64,000 bases of DNA. It comes from Octopus vulgaris. Lineage: Eukaryota. The stretch spans positions 21,142,001 to 21,206,000 of the forward strand of contig OX597831.1 in assembly GCA_951406725.2 (NCBI GenBank), written 5' to 3'. Positions 24,808 through 38,142 of this stretch are shown piece by piece. The notes below the pieces were generated by a model that did no database searches, had not been told where the DNA came from, and saw nothing but the letters and a program-made list of their open reading frames with translations. How positions within the stretch are numbered: the stretch's first letter is position 1; each line of letters starts with the position of its first letter. The position numbers and the translations under genes were made by a program.

Positions 24808-25925
24808 AATGATGATAATTATAATAATTAGACGAAGACGAAAGAAAGTAAGGACAAAAGAAGATTAAGGGTAAGAAGTATACACATGAGAAGCTGAGGA
24901 AAACGGAGAAGTAATAGAAGAAGCAGAGGATGAGGAGAAAGAAATATTTGAAGGAAAAGCGAAAGAAGGAAGAAAAGAGGAAGAAAGAATGAAGGGGATA
25001 CGGCGAAGAATGGAGGAGGGTGAAAAAAGAGAGTACTAGAAAAAGAAGTATAAGGAAAAGAGGAATAAAAAATATGAAGAAGAAGGAACAAAACAAAAGA
25101 AGGAAAGTGAACATTAAAAATGGAGGTAGAAGCCAGTAAAGAAAAGGATGAAGTGTAAAGAGTTAGAAAGAGTGAGGGGGGGGGGGTAAATAGAGTGGCC
25201 AACTAAAAAACATGGCGAACTTTTACAACTGCTGTCTTCCGGCAAATCTTCAGCTGCATTCAATATCGTGTTCTTCATACAGAACTTTGGAAATACAATA
25301 ATCTCATCACTTCCATTCTGTCATGCTTGCGCTTCTAGAAAACTAATAGCATTCTGACAAACGTATATATTGGCTCAAACTCATTCCATCCGCTTCATCT
25401 CCACCCCACCCTCTGTGTCTTTCTCTGTCTTGTCTTTACATTCTGACTCCGTGTTTTTCTTTGGCTTCCTCTTATTCTTTTACCTCAGCAAACGTGCAGC
25501 TTGTGATTTGTGAAATAGAAATCTCTCTCAAGATGCTAAATAATCCTAACTCTGAGGCTGAACAAACTTAACGGGAAACATGTACTGCTACTATATAAAA
25601 CTGGATGGTTCACAAAGAGTTTAAGTGCTTTACATACACAAATACACACACACAAATTCGCACACACTCACACACACTCACACATCTACACACATATACA
25701 TACACGTACACATATATATATATAATATATATGTTAGAGGAAAAAATCTTATTTTGTATAATATTATATAACACTTTGGCTATGACGATTCTAATATATT
25801 CTTTAGTCTTGTACAACAAATCTGTGATCTTTCATCTTATTCCTTTCCTTGTATATTCAACCAGGTGTAATCACCAGCCATGCGTTCTTTCTCTCTCTCT
25901 CTCACAGGTAAGAAATTTCCCCAAG

Positions 25926-26020
25926 AGACCCGATGGAGGCTGGAGGGTATATCAGCCGAAACGTTGTGTTAACAACAAACAAGATGAAGACAAATATCCG
26001 TCAAATGTAAATAATGTAAA
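25926..26020 (+). mobile_element. Short element with degenerate hammerhead and (GTAAATAAT)n tail
   Basis: CCGATGG-a-ggctg gagggtatat cagcc-GAAA-cg-TT-gtgt...caaatgtaaataatgtaaa. Confidence 0.7.
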
Positions 26021-26199
26021 TGATATTCTATGTGGTTGCTTGATTTGCAAGAAGCAGCAGCTAATTTTCCTCAAACTCATCTTTCTTTCTAGCAGTGCAG
26101 GTATATATATATATATATGTATGTAGTTTCTAGACAACGATATGCCAGACAACTTCTAAACAGCTATGCTTATTCAAGGGGTCACATGTAGCTGATCAA

Positions 26200-27170
26200 C
26201 AACAGTAGCTACGAACATGACGGTAGTGGTGATAATGAAAATGATGATGAAGACGACTACGATGATGATGAGAAGGAGGATAAGGATGATGATTGTGGTG
26301 ATGATGGAGGAGGGGGCAGTGTTTTAGCATGATCATAATGGTGGTATTTGTAGTCTGGATACTGTGGTGGTAAAAGCGGTCTGTTTGATATTGGTCACGG
26401 TGGTTTATATCATAGTGTGAAGGGGTTTTATAAGATGATGGTGGCATTGGACGTGGGCGTGTTGATTTTTGAGAATGATGATAAGGATGCAGTGAAATAA
26501 AAAAGTGATGAAGATGACTTTGGTAATGGAGAAGTAGGAGAAAGGTCAATGAAGACAATAATTAGGATATTTATAATAAATGGTATTAATGATTATAATG
26601 ACTATGTTGATACTGATGATGTTGATGATGATGATGACGATGAAGACTATGATGTTGACGTTGATACTGCTGCTGTTGTTGCTGATGATGGTGACGATGG
26701 TGATGATGATGATGTTAATGGTGATGATAATGTGGATGAGGGGAAGGGGAAGCATTAGTAGTTGGTTGACGATGATGATAACGAGGTTGTTAATGATACT
26801 AATGATGAAGATGATGATGATGATGATGATGATGGTCGGACTGGTGGTGGTGGTGATAACATGAGGCGGCGGAAGCGCTTAACGAGGACGTCAATTGCAA
26901 TGATGATGAATGATGACGAGGTAGTCGATGTCAATAACGATGCTGATGATCATGATAATTAGGATGATGATGACAACGACAACGACGACGACAGCGACAC
27001 CATCGTCGACCGACTATCGCGACTACGACGGCTACAAAGGTGATGGCCTTAGCAATAACATATATGATGATGATGATGACGATATGATGATGATGACGAT
27101 ATGATGATGATGATGATGATGAGGTGGAGGAGTATAGTAACGTCGAGATCGATGACGATTATGATGATAC
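26200..27170. repeat. Degenerate (GAT/GGT/GAC)n low-complexity tract
   Basis: Direct inspection. Confidence 0.85.
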
Positions 27171-27566
27171 ATAGTTTCACTAAGTTGAATGTTCAAGCCG
27201 TTCCCCCCACCCATTAACAAGTTAAATGTCCCTGATAAGATCGATACCTCAGATACATAATATCACAGGTCGTTATAGTTTCACGCTCAAACTGTTCCCA
27301 ACATATTTAATAGTGTTTATCAATAATGTTGGCTTGTTATTCCTGTCATCACGGCTGACATGAGATGATGCAGTTCTATGATGAAAGAGTCCGCCACCGG
27401 TTGTATAAACTACCTGGCAATGTTTCAGACATAGCGTGTATGGTAAAGCAATATCGAATATATACTTCCTTTCTGAATAGTACGTTAGGATGCGATTTGT
27501 TGAGGGCATCTGGCTGCTATTTCTAGAATGTCGATAGAATGCTTAGATAAATTCTCCCTTTAGCGT

Positions 27567-27946
27567 GTGTGCTTCTCTTGGGAAGCACTCCGTCGGTTAC
27601 GACGATGAGAGTTCCGGTTGATCCGAATCAACGGAACAGCCTGCTCGTGAAATTAACGTGTAAGTGGCTGAGCACTCCACAGACACTTAACGTAGTTCTC
27701 GGGGATATTCAGCGTGACACAGAGAGTGACAAGGCCGGCCCTTTGAAATACAGGTACAACAGAAACAGGAAGTAAGAGTGAGAGAAAGTTGTGGTGAGTA
27801 CAGAGTACAGTAGGGATCACCATCATCCCTGCCGGAGCCTCGTGGAGCTTTAGGTGTTTTCGCTCACAACGCCCGGTCTGGGAATCGAAACCGCGATCCT
27901 ACGACCGCGAGTCCGCTGCCCTAACCACTGGGCCATTGCGCCTCCT
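27567..27946 (-). mobile_element. tRNA-derived SINE family C, full length, flanked by ~133-bp direct repeats
   Basis: Minus head ggaggcgcaatggcccagtggttagggcagcggactc...ggtttcgattccc (A/B boxes). Flanks 27434-27566 and 27947-28079. Confidence 0.88.
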
Positions 27947-28126
27947 GCGTGTATGGTGAAGCAATATCGAATATATACTTCATTTCTGAATAGTACGCTA
28001 GGATGTGATTTGTTAAGGACATCTGGCTGCTATTTCTAGAATGTCGATAGAACGCCTAGATAAATCCTCCCGTTAGCGTAGCGTGTGTGTGTCATCTGTT
28101 TAAATGTGGTGTGACACTCACAAGCT

Positions 28127-28352
28127 TATAGAGGTGTTGCTGAAAAGCTATTGCCTTTGAGTAAAAGGAAATGAGGGTGCGGATCAGTTAATTATGATTT
28201 CATTCTGTATATTCCCCCCTCAGATTCACACACTTATTGCAGCGCCCCTTCAGATTTTCTAAGTCCTGTAAAAGAACTTGATATGTTGGGCCACCAGCCA
28301 AGCCTGTTTGCGATACCCTGAAAGCCAGGACCTTTTTCAGTACCCTCTCATA
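28127..28352. mobile_element. Mariner-derived MITE
   Basis: Imperfect ~30-bp TIRs bounded by TA (gaggtgttgctgaaaagc / cctttttcagtaccctctc). The internal minus strand reads NKCVNLRGEY, like a mariner C-terminus. Confidence 0.65.
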
Positions 28353-28527
28353 GTCTGATTATCTAAGGAGGTTGAACGTTACACTTCGTACGGAACTCAA
28401 TGTGATGAGCACGATGTCTTAGTATGATTGACATTACGCTATATTATGTAGATTCTATTTTCATGTAGTCAAGTGCTTTTCTTTTGCTAAGAACTAGAAA
28501 AAAAGATAACTTATGTGTGAGTATATA

Positions 28528-28589
<62 letters not shown>

Positions 28590-28606
28590 TACACACACAC
28601 ATATAT

Positions 28607-29390
28607 ATAGGGTAAAAATTAAATAATTTTTATCAGTGAACAGCGTGAGTAAAAACATTCGTAGACTGCAAATATTATATATGTGTGAAAACTATACACA
28701 CATATAATATACTAATATTTGCAGTCTACGGACATATTTACACACGATGGCCAGTGGTAAAATTTAATATTTAATTTCACCCTATATTTGCATTTAAATA
28801 TTTTAATTCCAAGAGTGAGATAATTCACTGCTGAATGCTCATCCAATGTTGCTTTACTCTGTCTTTCGGTGCGTTGTTCGTAGGACATTTGAATTGAATT
28901 CATCAATATATAAAGATGTAAACTCAATACGCTGTGTATCTTGTCTGATGCGGTATGTATTTAATTTTGTAATTATATGCCCATAGCAATTCTCGCTGAT
29001 CAGCCATAGATTGTGTAATACATTAATTGATTGATTAATTACTTTGTGTATTTAATCGTTAAGGGCGAAACTTCGAAGTACGGGAATGACTAATCAATTT
29101 TTGAATTCTCTCAAATTATATTACCTGCCTACAGTCAATGTGCTAAAATAGGAATTATTTTTTTGTGTGTTTGGGATTTAAGTCATATTTGTAGTGTGCT
29201 GGCAAACCACTTAGTGGGTTTTCTCTTCGTGTATAATTTATTTACACATTATATAATATAATATTATTTGCAGTTTACGGGCATTTTTGACTCACACTGG
29301 CTACTGGTAAAAGTAATTATTTAATTTTTACTCTCTGTTTGAATATAGGTTAAATTATGCCCTTCGTGTATAATTTTTATACACACATAT
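28607..29390 (+). mobile_element. Older Penelope-like/retrozyme element: inverted 5' arm, hammerhead, terminal direct repeat
   Basis: Imperfect inverted arms ~28608-28677 / ~28713-28785; diverged direct repeat ~29262-29335; hammerhead at 28989-29087. Confidence 0.7.
28989..29087 (+). ncRNA. Type I hammerhead ribozyme with one core substitution (CUGAUCA)
   Basis: Stem I attctcg/cgggaat; stem II gcc/ggc; GAAA; palindromic stem III acttcgaagt; GUA triplet. Confidence 0.72.
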
Positions 29391-29419
29391 TATTATTATT
29401 ATTGTTATTATTATTATTA

Positions 29420-29474
<55 letters not shown>

Positions 29475-30031
29475 TGTTATTATTATTATCATTCTTTTTT
29501 CTTTAAAAACTTCATTGTATGAGATTGATACCATTAACTTCCCCGAAGCTTAATCAAAATATAGTGTGTTTTTAAAATAAAAAAAATAATTATACTTAAA
29601 TAATTATATTTTTTGCTTTACGTATATTTTTTCATGATGATTTACCTCACAATTTTTTGATGTAAAGTATTGTTGCATAGGACCAAAACTATGAAATGCC
29701 TCATGCTTTCTTCTATCATTGAAGCTAAGATGAATATATTTTGCTTTTAAAATAACAAAAGTTATTTAGATATAAAAGTGACTGGAGGCGTTGGTTACTT
29801 TCTTATAACGTTTCTACAATTTTGATGTGAACTTTCTAGACCAAATCTCAATAGTTTAATGCCAAAATGTAGCTAGGGACCAGTCACCTTAAAAAATGTC
29901 AACAGTTTTCAATTTGTTTAAGAACTGATTTAGCGACAAACTCCGAAATATGCTGCGTCTGTAAAAATTGCGGCCTTAAAAATATTATTCAACTACTACC
30001 GTAGTTGAATGCTATGTCTGCCAATATATGT

Positions 30032-30086
<55 letters not shown>

Positions 30087-31919
30087 TATATATACATGCA
30101 TGCATATAGAAACGCACACATATGTATATAGAACAACACAACTGTCCGACGAACGGTAACCTTATTCACTGAGGAACAATTTGTTAAGATTATGTATATA
30201 TAGGTATATATATATATATATATAATATATATATATATGTGTGTGTGTGTGTGCGCTTGTGTGTGTATGTATTATGTATGTATGTGTACGTTCCGTCTTA
30301 TTCACATGAACTGATAACAAGATTTAGACTATATCATGTGTAAGCAGACCTCGAAACTCGAAGGTACAAATGGTATTAATGACCACGCTATTCTGATTGC
30401 CAGTGTCCTTGAATTTTATATATTACATAATATAAAGACAATAGAAATGGCAAACAAGAGAGATTGAAATCACATTATACCAATACACGTTGGAGAAGTT
30501 ATGTATAGATTGTTTTCTTTCCTTACCCATGCTTATAAAATGGTTAGCTCTTTCACGCGGCGAAAAGGTTTACATTTTTATTGAAAAGAGGCATTGGGAT
30601 GTTGTGTTCGTTAGCAGTTTCCGATCTGTGTGGCATATAGCTCAAAGCAGAAGTGAAACATGTTTTTGAACGGATATTGAAAAATCTGTCGAAGCTCAGT
30701 AAATGTGAAAACACCAGTCACCCAGCTTTGTAAACAGAAAAAAATGTCTGTTTTACATTTTTGTTTTATTCTAGTTTTCCTATGACATTAAAATCGATAA
30801 AAGAAACACACAAAAATGTTATTTCTGACGTGGTTGATATTTTGAAATTTAAATTAAAATCTATAAATAAATGTTAACCATAAATTCTAAAGAATGACAT
30901 AATAGCAATTACAACTATAAATTTTTCTCTTTAGGAGACGACATTTTCGTGAAACTATTGGTAATGTGAATGATGGTTCGCTTTATTCACCATAACGACA
31001 GAATGCAATCGAAGGGTTATACATATATAACCAAACACGTGATTGAACTGGATATTTCTCTCTAATTTTCTGGAGCAATAGGGTCAGGTGTGTATATATC
31101 AAAGTATATATACATATGCATATATACACGAATGTTCAGAGAGGATGTATGCCCTGTTCACAAAGCAGGAACCAGAGCAGTTGCTAACAATCACAGGCTT
31201 ATCTCTCTGATCTAACATATGAACTATGTCAAGTTCCTTAAAATATTGGGCACAAAAGATTACTACATAAATAATCGTTCTCAACCAATATTCTGTGCAT
31301 GTTTGAATATACAGATACAATACCAATACCAATATCAATTACTTCTGGAAACTATCTTAAGCATGTCCTTGAGAACGATTATTTATGTAGTAATCTTTTG
31401 TGCCCAATATTTTAAGGAACTTGTTGAACTTTTTTATGTCTTTAACATGTCCCTGTTACCAAAGACTGTATATATGTAATGTAGCAATTTGCAACAACCA
31501 ATAATTAACGCAACCAAACTTCTACATGTTACTCTTGACAAACTTTTCCAAAGAGTGAAACCGGTAAAGTAAATCACAGGCTTATCTCTCTGATCTAACA
31601 TATGAACTATGTCATGGAACACATTGTCGGAAGGACGCTCAACACGTTCCCTGAAGAAGGAAATTTACTCTAAAACCCGGCCTCACACAAATACTACAGC
31701 ATTTTTACTGAGTACTGAAACAACAGCCCAAAGTCTCCGATTTCGTGACGATATATATCACGACGTTGTTATGTTCATCGACTAAGTTGATTATAGGATG
31801 ATATTTCAATCACCGTCTGACCTTGTAATCATAGAAGAGCGGATGCGTGTCATTTTTAAAGGCAGACGTCAGTTGCTGTCAATGGTGCTCTCTATGAGGG
31901 CATATCAATTCTCAGCGAA

Positions 31920-32560
31920 GTCCCTCGGAGATGTAAGTGTCCTGGGACCATCACTGTTTGCGGTGACTCTCTTTTACATGCCCTCAGCCATACAGTCAAC
32001 CACCGGCACCAGCTGTACTGATGATACAAAGACATCACTGTAGATTTAGTACCCTGATGACATCATAAAACTGCAGGAAGACCTAAATGAAATATACAAG
32101 TGGGCCCATGAAATATCATGCAGTTCAATGCTGTGAAGTATTTAATAGTTCACCATCGACCCACGGATTACAATCGAAATACACATGACAAGCGGGTACT
32201 GCAATATTAGAATCAGAATCGCCGTGTGACCTGGAAAACCACATGAACAATTATGATGCAGCATTCAATGTGCATATAGCCAGGATGAGCAAAACTGTGC
32301 AGAAGAGTGGTTTGATGGATTCTGAGGTCATTCAGAATCAGAAAGAAGGATATCATGCTACTACTTTAGAGATCTTTCGTTCTCAGTCATCTGGATTACT
32401 GCCCCCGACTGTGGTCACTGCAGAGGGTTAAACTAGCACAGAACTTATGTCAATGAAGCGCCACCACACAAGGAAGAGTGACTCGGTGCAGCAGATGAGC
32501 TCCTGGGAGAGGATAAAGGAAATAAAACTTTATCATTAGAAAGGAGACGTGAAATATATG
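31920..32560 (+). pseudogene. Decayed non-LTR (CR1/L2-like) reverse transcriptase
   Basis: SVLGPSLF...CTDDTK (YADDTK)...LQEDLNEIYKWA..MQFN...SFVLSHLDYC...LERRRE, with stops and frameshifts. Confidence 0.85.
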
Positions 32561-32914
32561 CAGAAATACACTCGGGGTTCGGGTTGACTTTTAACGATTT
32601 TATTTTATGTCTCTTGTTTTCAGGACGGATTAGTGAACAGTCAACGGTGCTGGAGAGCATAAACATTAAAGTTGTATTTGAGGAATACGTAGCTGACATG
32701 AGGAACAGGAAACGATCTTAATATTGGAAAAGTGTTACTTGTTCCATGATGATTCGTGACGGGTATCAAAATTCCATCTCGACTCTGCTGAAAGTTCTGT
32801 GAACACTGTAAAGGCTGTAACACGTGACAAAGACAGCTGCAACCGAGACTACCTAGCTGTGGCGAGCAGGAAGGGATACAACAAGCGTCCTGACTGCGAC
32901 TGCATGCTGGAATT

Positions 32915-33175
32915 CATCACCACATCTTCGAACAGGGTCTTAAGCTCAATTCACACATTTATGTAAAGCTGTCGGAGACTGTGGTCAAAACCTGGCCAGA
33001 GAGTGTTGCTGCTGGGAGGTCACATATGTCAGCTTCTTAACATACCTCCAGAAGGAGTAGAACGTGCTTGTCAGATACTTTCAACGGCTTCATCATCTGG
33101 TCTCTTAATCCTCAAGATTGTAATTCTGTTAATTACTATGTATGGGTTGTGGATGAAAAAGAAACTAGCTATGAC
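32915..33175 (+). pseudogene. Decayed Tc1/mariner-superfamily (maT/DD37D-like) transposase fragment
   Basis: HIFEQGLKLNSHIYVKLSETVVKTW...HTSRRS...WSLNPQDCNSVNYYVW (WPPNSPDxNPxDYxVW-like). Confidence 0.75.
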
Positions 33176-33389
33176 CTAGTTGATAGTTTTCGATTTTAGA
33201 AAATACATCTGTTTTTGGTAGGGATGTTTTCTTTTCTTTTTACGTCAACTGTCAAAAATTTAGCCGGAACTCCCTCTGCATATGGAATATCCTGGAAAGT
33301 CTAGCTCTTAACTGTGAAACTGAAAGACCTCCTTCTTCACTATTTGGAAAAAAAAACAGCCAAATTCTGCCACACCTTGGATTTCAAGG

Positions 33390-33660
33390 ACACGCCTCTA
33401 TTCAACATTCTGCGAAATTACGTTAGGGATTCGTGAGGCGTAGGTGAAGAGCACTTCAGGGAGCATTTGAATAAATTTTCGTCTAGAAATCAGATGAAGC
33501 CACATTGCTGTTGGACGCACAAGCAATTAGCTACTTCACCAGAAACACCACAGAAATTTGCTACTTCACCAGAAACAGTATCGGAAATAAACCTAAGTAC
33601 ACTAAAGGGCGGTGAACCAGCACGGTATCAGCCACTGGTTAAACCAGTAAAAGGAGATAG
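33390..33660 (+). mobile_element. 3' end of a CR1/L2-like LINE
   Basis: LFNILRNYVRD*GVGEEHFREHLNKF. Tail ggcggtgaaccagcacgg...aaaccagtaaaagg. Confidence 0.6.
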
Positions 33661-33674
33661 ATATATAAAGAATG

Positions 33675-33769
<95 letters not shown>

Positions 33770-33887
33770 GTCTGTCTGTCTGCCTGTCTATGTGTATGTC
33801 TCTCTGTCTGTCTGTCTGTCTTTCTGTCTGTCTGTTTGAATTATAAGGCAGGTAGATACGTGTTTATAAATATACACGCATATATGT

Positions 33888-33938
<51 letters not shown>

Positions 33939-34782
33939 ATGCGTGTATATGTGTATATATATATACACACTCATATTTAAACGTGTATGCGTATGCGTAT
34001 ATGTGTGTGTGTGTGTCGTAATGCATCTGCGTCTGCATCTGCGCTTCTCTGTGCGCGGCAATCTTATTCCTCCTAATTAACTTTAGAGAAATATTTTCCC
34101 CTAACATGATTGAAACGCAGAACTCCACTCCCCAGTTTTCCATTAAATATTCTTTCAAACAAAATTATGAAAAATACATTGGAGTCTGTCTAGCAGGTAT
34201 TATTTTTAATGTTGTATAATTCAATTGAATTTAATTATCCAATATATGTTTAAAATTATCTCATAATAAATTCAATTTCTTCATTGAGATATTTAATCAC
34301 ACATTTCCTTCAATCCATCTGTATAGAACAGTGTTAAACATGCATTCAATGCATTAGATTTTTCCCTTTCAAAGATGCATTTACATGAAGGAAGAATCTT
34401 AGACGTAATATTACTTTTAACGTAATACTACTTTTGCTGCATGTCACATGTATTTATTCAACCGGCCTGCTATTCGCCATATCAGTGAGTATTTTTCAGA
34501 GTGTTTTCCTCTGTAATGCATGAGAAAACCTAGCCTAGACGGTGATTGGCTCTGAGTATTGGTTAGATACAGTGACGACGAAAAGAAGCTCCCGCTCTTA
34601 CTAGGAGCTGCTGGTTCGCGATTCATCTCCCTCTCGATATATATTGCTTTTTTATACACAGCCCGGTCATAAGAGATTTTGTCTCGAGGAATACAGTAAT
34701 GGACTTGTCTGTCATTCAGGTATTTGATACTTAGACGGCTATTTAACTTCATACTGCTTTTATTCACTGATATTATATTTGT

Positions 34783-35192
34783 TAAGGTGGCAAGCTGGCA
34801 GAAACGTTAGCACGCCGGGCGAAATGCGTAGCCGTATTTCGTTTGCCGTTACGTTCTGAGTTCAAATTCCGCCGAGGTCGACTTTGCCTTTCATCCTTTC
34901 GGCGTCGTTTAAATAAGTACCAGTTACGCACTGGGGTCGATATAATCAACTTAATCCGTCTGTCTGTCCTTGTTTGTCACCTTTGTTTAGCCCCTTGTGG
35001 GTAGTAAAGAAATAGGTATTTCGTCTGCCTCTATGTTCTGAGTTCAAATTCCGCCGACTTTGCCTTTCATCCTTTCGGGGTCGATTAAATAAGTACCAGT
35101 TACGCACTGGGGTCGATATAATCGACTTGATCCGATTGTCTGTCCTTGTTTGTCACCTCTGTGTTTAGCCCTTTGTGGGTAGTAAAGAAATA
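34783..35192 (+). mobile_element. SINE family B with tandemly duplicated 3' ~175 bp
   Basis: The segment gtatttcgt...gtagtaaagaaata occurs twice (from ~34834 and from ~35017). Confidence 0.88.
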
Positions 35193-36216
35193 CAAATAGA
35201 TATTATATTTGTTTTTCTGTCAAAGTATATATATATATAAACATAATTTAGCATAGCAACAAAGAGTAGTTAACTACATTTTAGTAAAATACGTATTTTT
35301 TAAATTTTTACCAGGAAAAGATTGACATTGACTTCAAAGTTTTGGCTTGCTCTCATTTAAACAGTTTTACTTGGATTCCATTTGGTTTCATGTACATTTG
35401 GCAAGTTGTTTTAGAGTAGTTGGAGCTATGCGAATGATAATTAGATACGGTGTTGCGGCACAGAGAAAGCAGCTGTGTTGGAGGAAAGTGCTGAGAGCAG
35501 ATAGAAGGAAAATATTTATATGTAAGGTTTCAGCAGAAAATGTTCGTGCTTTGATGTCTCAATTATGTTATTGTTTAGAGTTCAGCCAGGGGTGGAAGTG
35601 AAGGTGTAAATAGATGTGTCAAATTCCGAACATGAAATTATTAGTATAGAAAGTTTTGTTGTTGTATTATGAGTTTACAATAGAATGCTTGTAGATAAAT
35701 TCATGGATCGAATCGCATAGATCAGATTTTTGTTGAAATAATGATTGAATTATTAGATTTTTATGGAGAAAATTTAGAGTGATTATTTGGCAAGCTTAAG
35801 AATCCATATGGAGAATATTTAGAGTGATTATTTGGCAAGGTTAAGAATCCATTTTGTTGCATAAATACCGGTAAGGCAATGCATTATGCAAAGTATTATG
35901 TATATACACTATCTTTTGTCAGATGGGAATGTGACACAAGTTGCCAAATGATTGAGGGCTTCACTAAAAATCAGCTACAATGAGGCCTGATTGGGTTTGA
36001 CACGAAAATATGTGCTTCAATAATACCAGTTGTAATCTGCACATATTCGTACATATATGAATATATATACACACAGACATTCACACACGCATACACACAC
36101 ATGTATATATATATATATATAAAATTTATGTTTACATATATACATATATATATGAGTTTGTGTGTGTGTATCTATATCTACCTATCTATTTGCCAGACTA
36201 TATAATATATATCTTT

Positions 36217-36405
<189 letters not shown>

Positions 36406-37638
36406 ATACACATACATATATAAGAGCTTATGCAGATAGAAACAGGAGCGGTGGAAGAGACAGAGAAGGCGAAAGATAGAGAAAGGGAGAGAAAGAAAGA
36501 GGGAGAGAGAGATTAGAAAGACGGGCACAGACAGAAGACAAGGATGGTGAAGCCGGGGAATTAATAACATTCAGAAGACAGATCGAGGAAATGAAATTGA
36601 GATCAAAGTGAAACAACAAAGCAAAATTGGTATGAAAAAAGAAAACCAATTCAAAGTTGATTCTACATGGAATAATCTACTGATAGCAGTGTGTATGTGT
36701 GTGTGTGTGTGAGTGTGTGTGTGTATGTGTGTGTGTGTGTGTGTGTGTTTGTGCGTGTGTGTGTGCGTTTGCTTGTGCGTGAATGATGACGCATAGATTA
36801 GTATGTATGTATGTATGTATGTGCATGCGTGTATGTATGTATGTATGCATGTATGTATGTCTGTGTATGCATGTATGTGTATGCATGTATGTATGTATGT
36901 ATGTGTGTGTGTATGTATGTGTGTATATGTATGTATGTATGTGTGTGTATGTATGTATGTATGTATGTATGTATATATATATTGATAAATAGATAGATAG
37001 ATAAATAGATAGATAGATAGATAGAGAGGCCGATACAGAGGTAGATGGATAGATGTATACACACAGAGACATATAGATACATATATATTCTCATTGTGTT
37101 CTACGTTTTTTGGTGTCCTGTACCCATATATGCATGTATAAATACATGTAGAGGTAGGTACGTACATATATGTATGTATATATGCATATGTTTTATTTAT
37201 CTATTAATTTATTATATATATATATGTATTTGGTATTTGTACATTTACATACAACGTATATATAACTTGATACGTGTCCATATGTGTGTGTGTGTGCGTG
37301 TGTGTGTGTGTGTGTGTGTGCGTGTGTGTGTGTGTGTGTGTATGTGTGTATGTGTGTGTGTGACCATGTGTACCTCAGGATCTGTATGTGTGATTGTTAA
37401 AATACTTCACTTGAAATATGGAATCGTAGATTCAACAAACTTCCTGCGAGGAATATATTCAAGATTTCGTGTGCGTATTTGTGTATGTGAGTGTGTATTG
37501 GAAATTATATACATCAAAGAATACCGCCCTGCTTATAAACCCACTTACATAGACAAAGAGATGCATATCATTTGCATATACCTGTACAACTGTGTGTACA
37601 CTAGCGTATCTATCTATATGTAAGCAATTGTATGCGTT

Positions 37639-37673
<35 letters not shown>

Positions 37674-37676
<3 letters not shown>

Positions 37677-37897
37677 GAATGGTTGTATACTGTCAATCTA
37701 ACACGAACGTGACAGTAGGGGGGTACACCACCGCTGTTTAGCCCTAGGAAGCATCGACGCCTCCTGATGGCTTTGACACATTTTTCCTGTGTCCTTATAC
37801 ACAGTCACGTTCGTGTTAGATTGACAGTATACAACCATTCTATCGCCCCACCACCGTACATGTCTCTACGAGAGATTTAGAAATTTAGTATTTCTGA
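37674..37897. mobile_element. Small element in (TA)n with 40-bp perfect inverted repeat
   Basis: Arms 37674-37713 and 37804-37843. Confidence 0.75.
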
Positions 37898-38109
37898 TAT
37901 ATATATATATATATTTATATATATATGTCTGTATGTATGTATGTATGTATGTATGTATGTATGTATGTATGTATATATATACGCCTGTACATATTAATGC
38001 ACGTGTATCTGTATACATATGTGTATCTATCTATCTATCTACCTATATATGCACATACATATACGTATGTATATATATTTCGCATGTATACATGCATTTG
38101 TTTTTGTTC

Positions 38110-38142
<33 letters not shown>

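Noticed and set aside
26196-27220. Asp-rich, His-rich and Met-rich ORFs
   Set aside because: Degenerate (GAT)n tract with frequent stops in all frames.
27860-27946. tRNA gene
   Set aside because: It is the tRNA-derived head of a multi-copy SINE.
35763-35852. ~45-bp tandem duplication
   Set aside because: Ordinary local duplication with no further structure.
37733-37775. HDV-like ribozyme suggested by cgcctcct
   Set aside because: The nested double pseudoknot could not be built.
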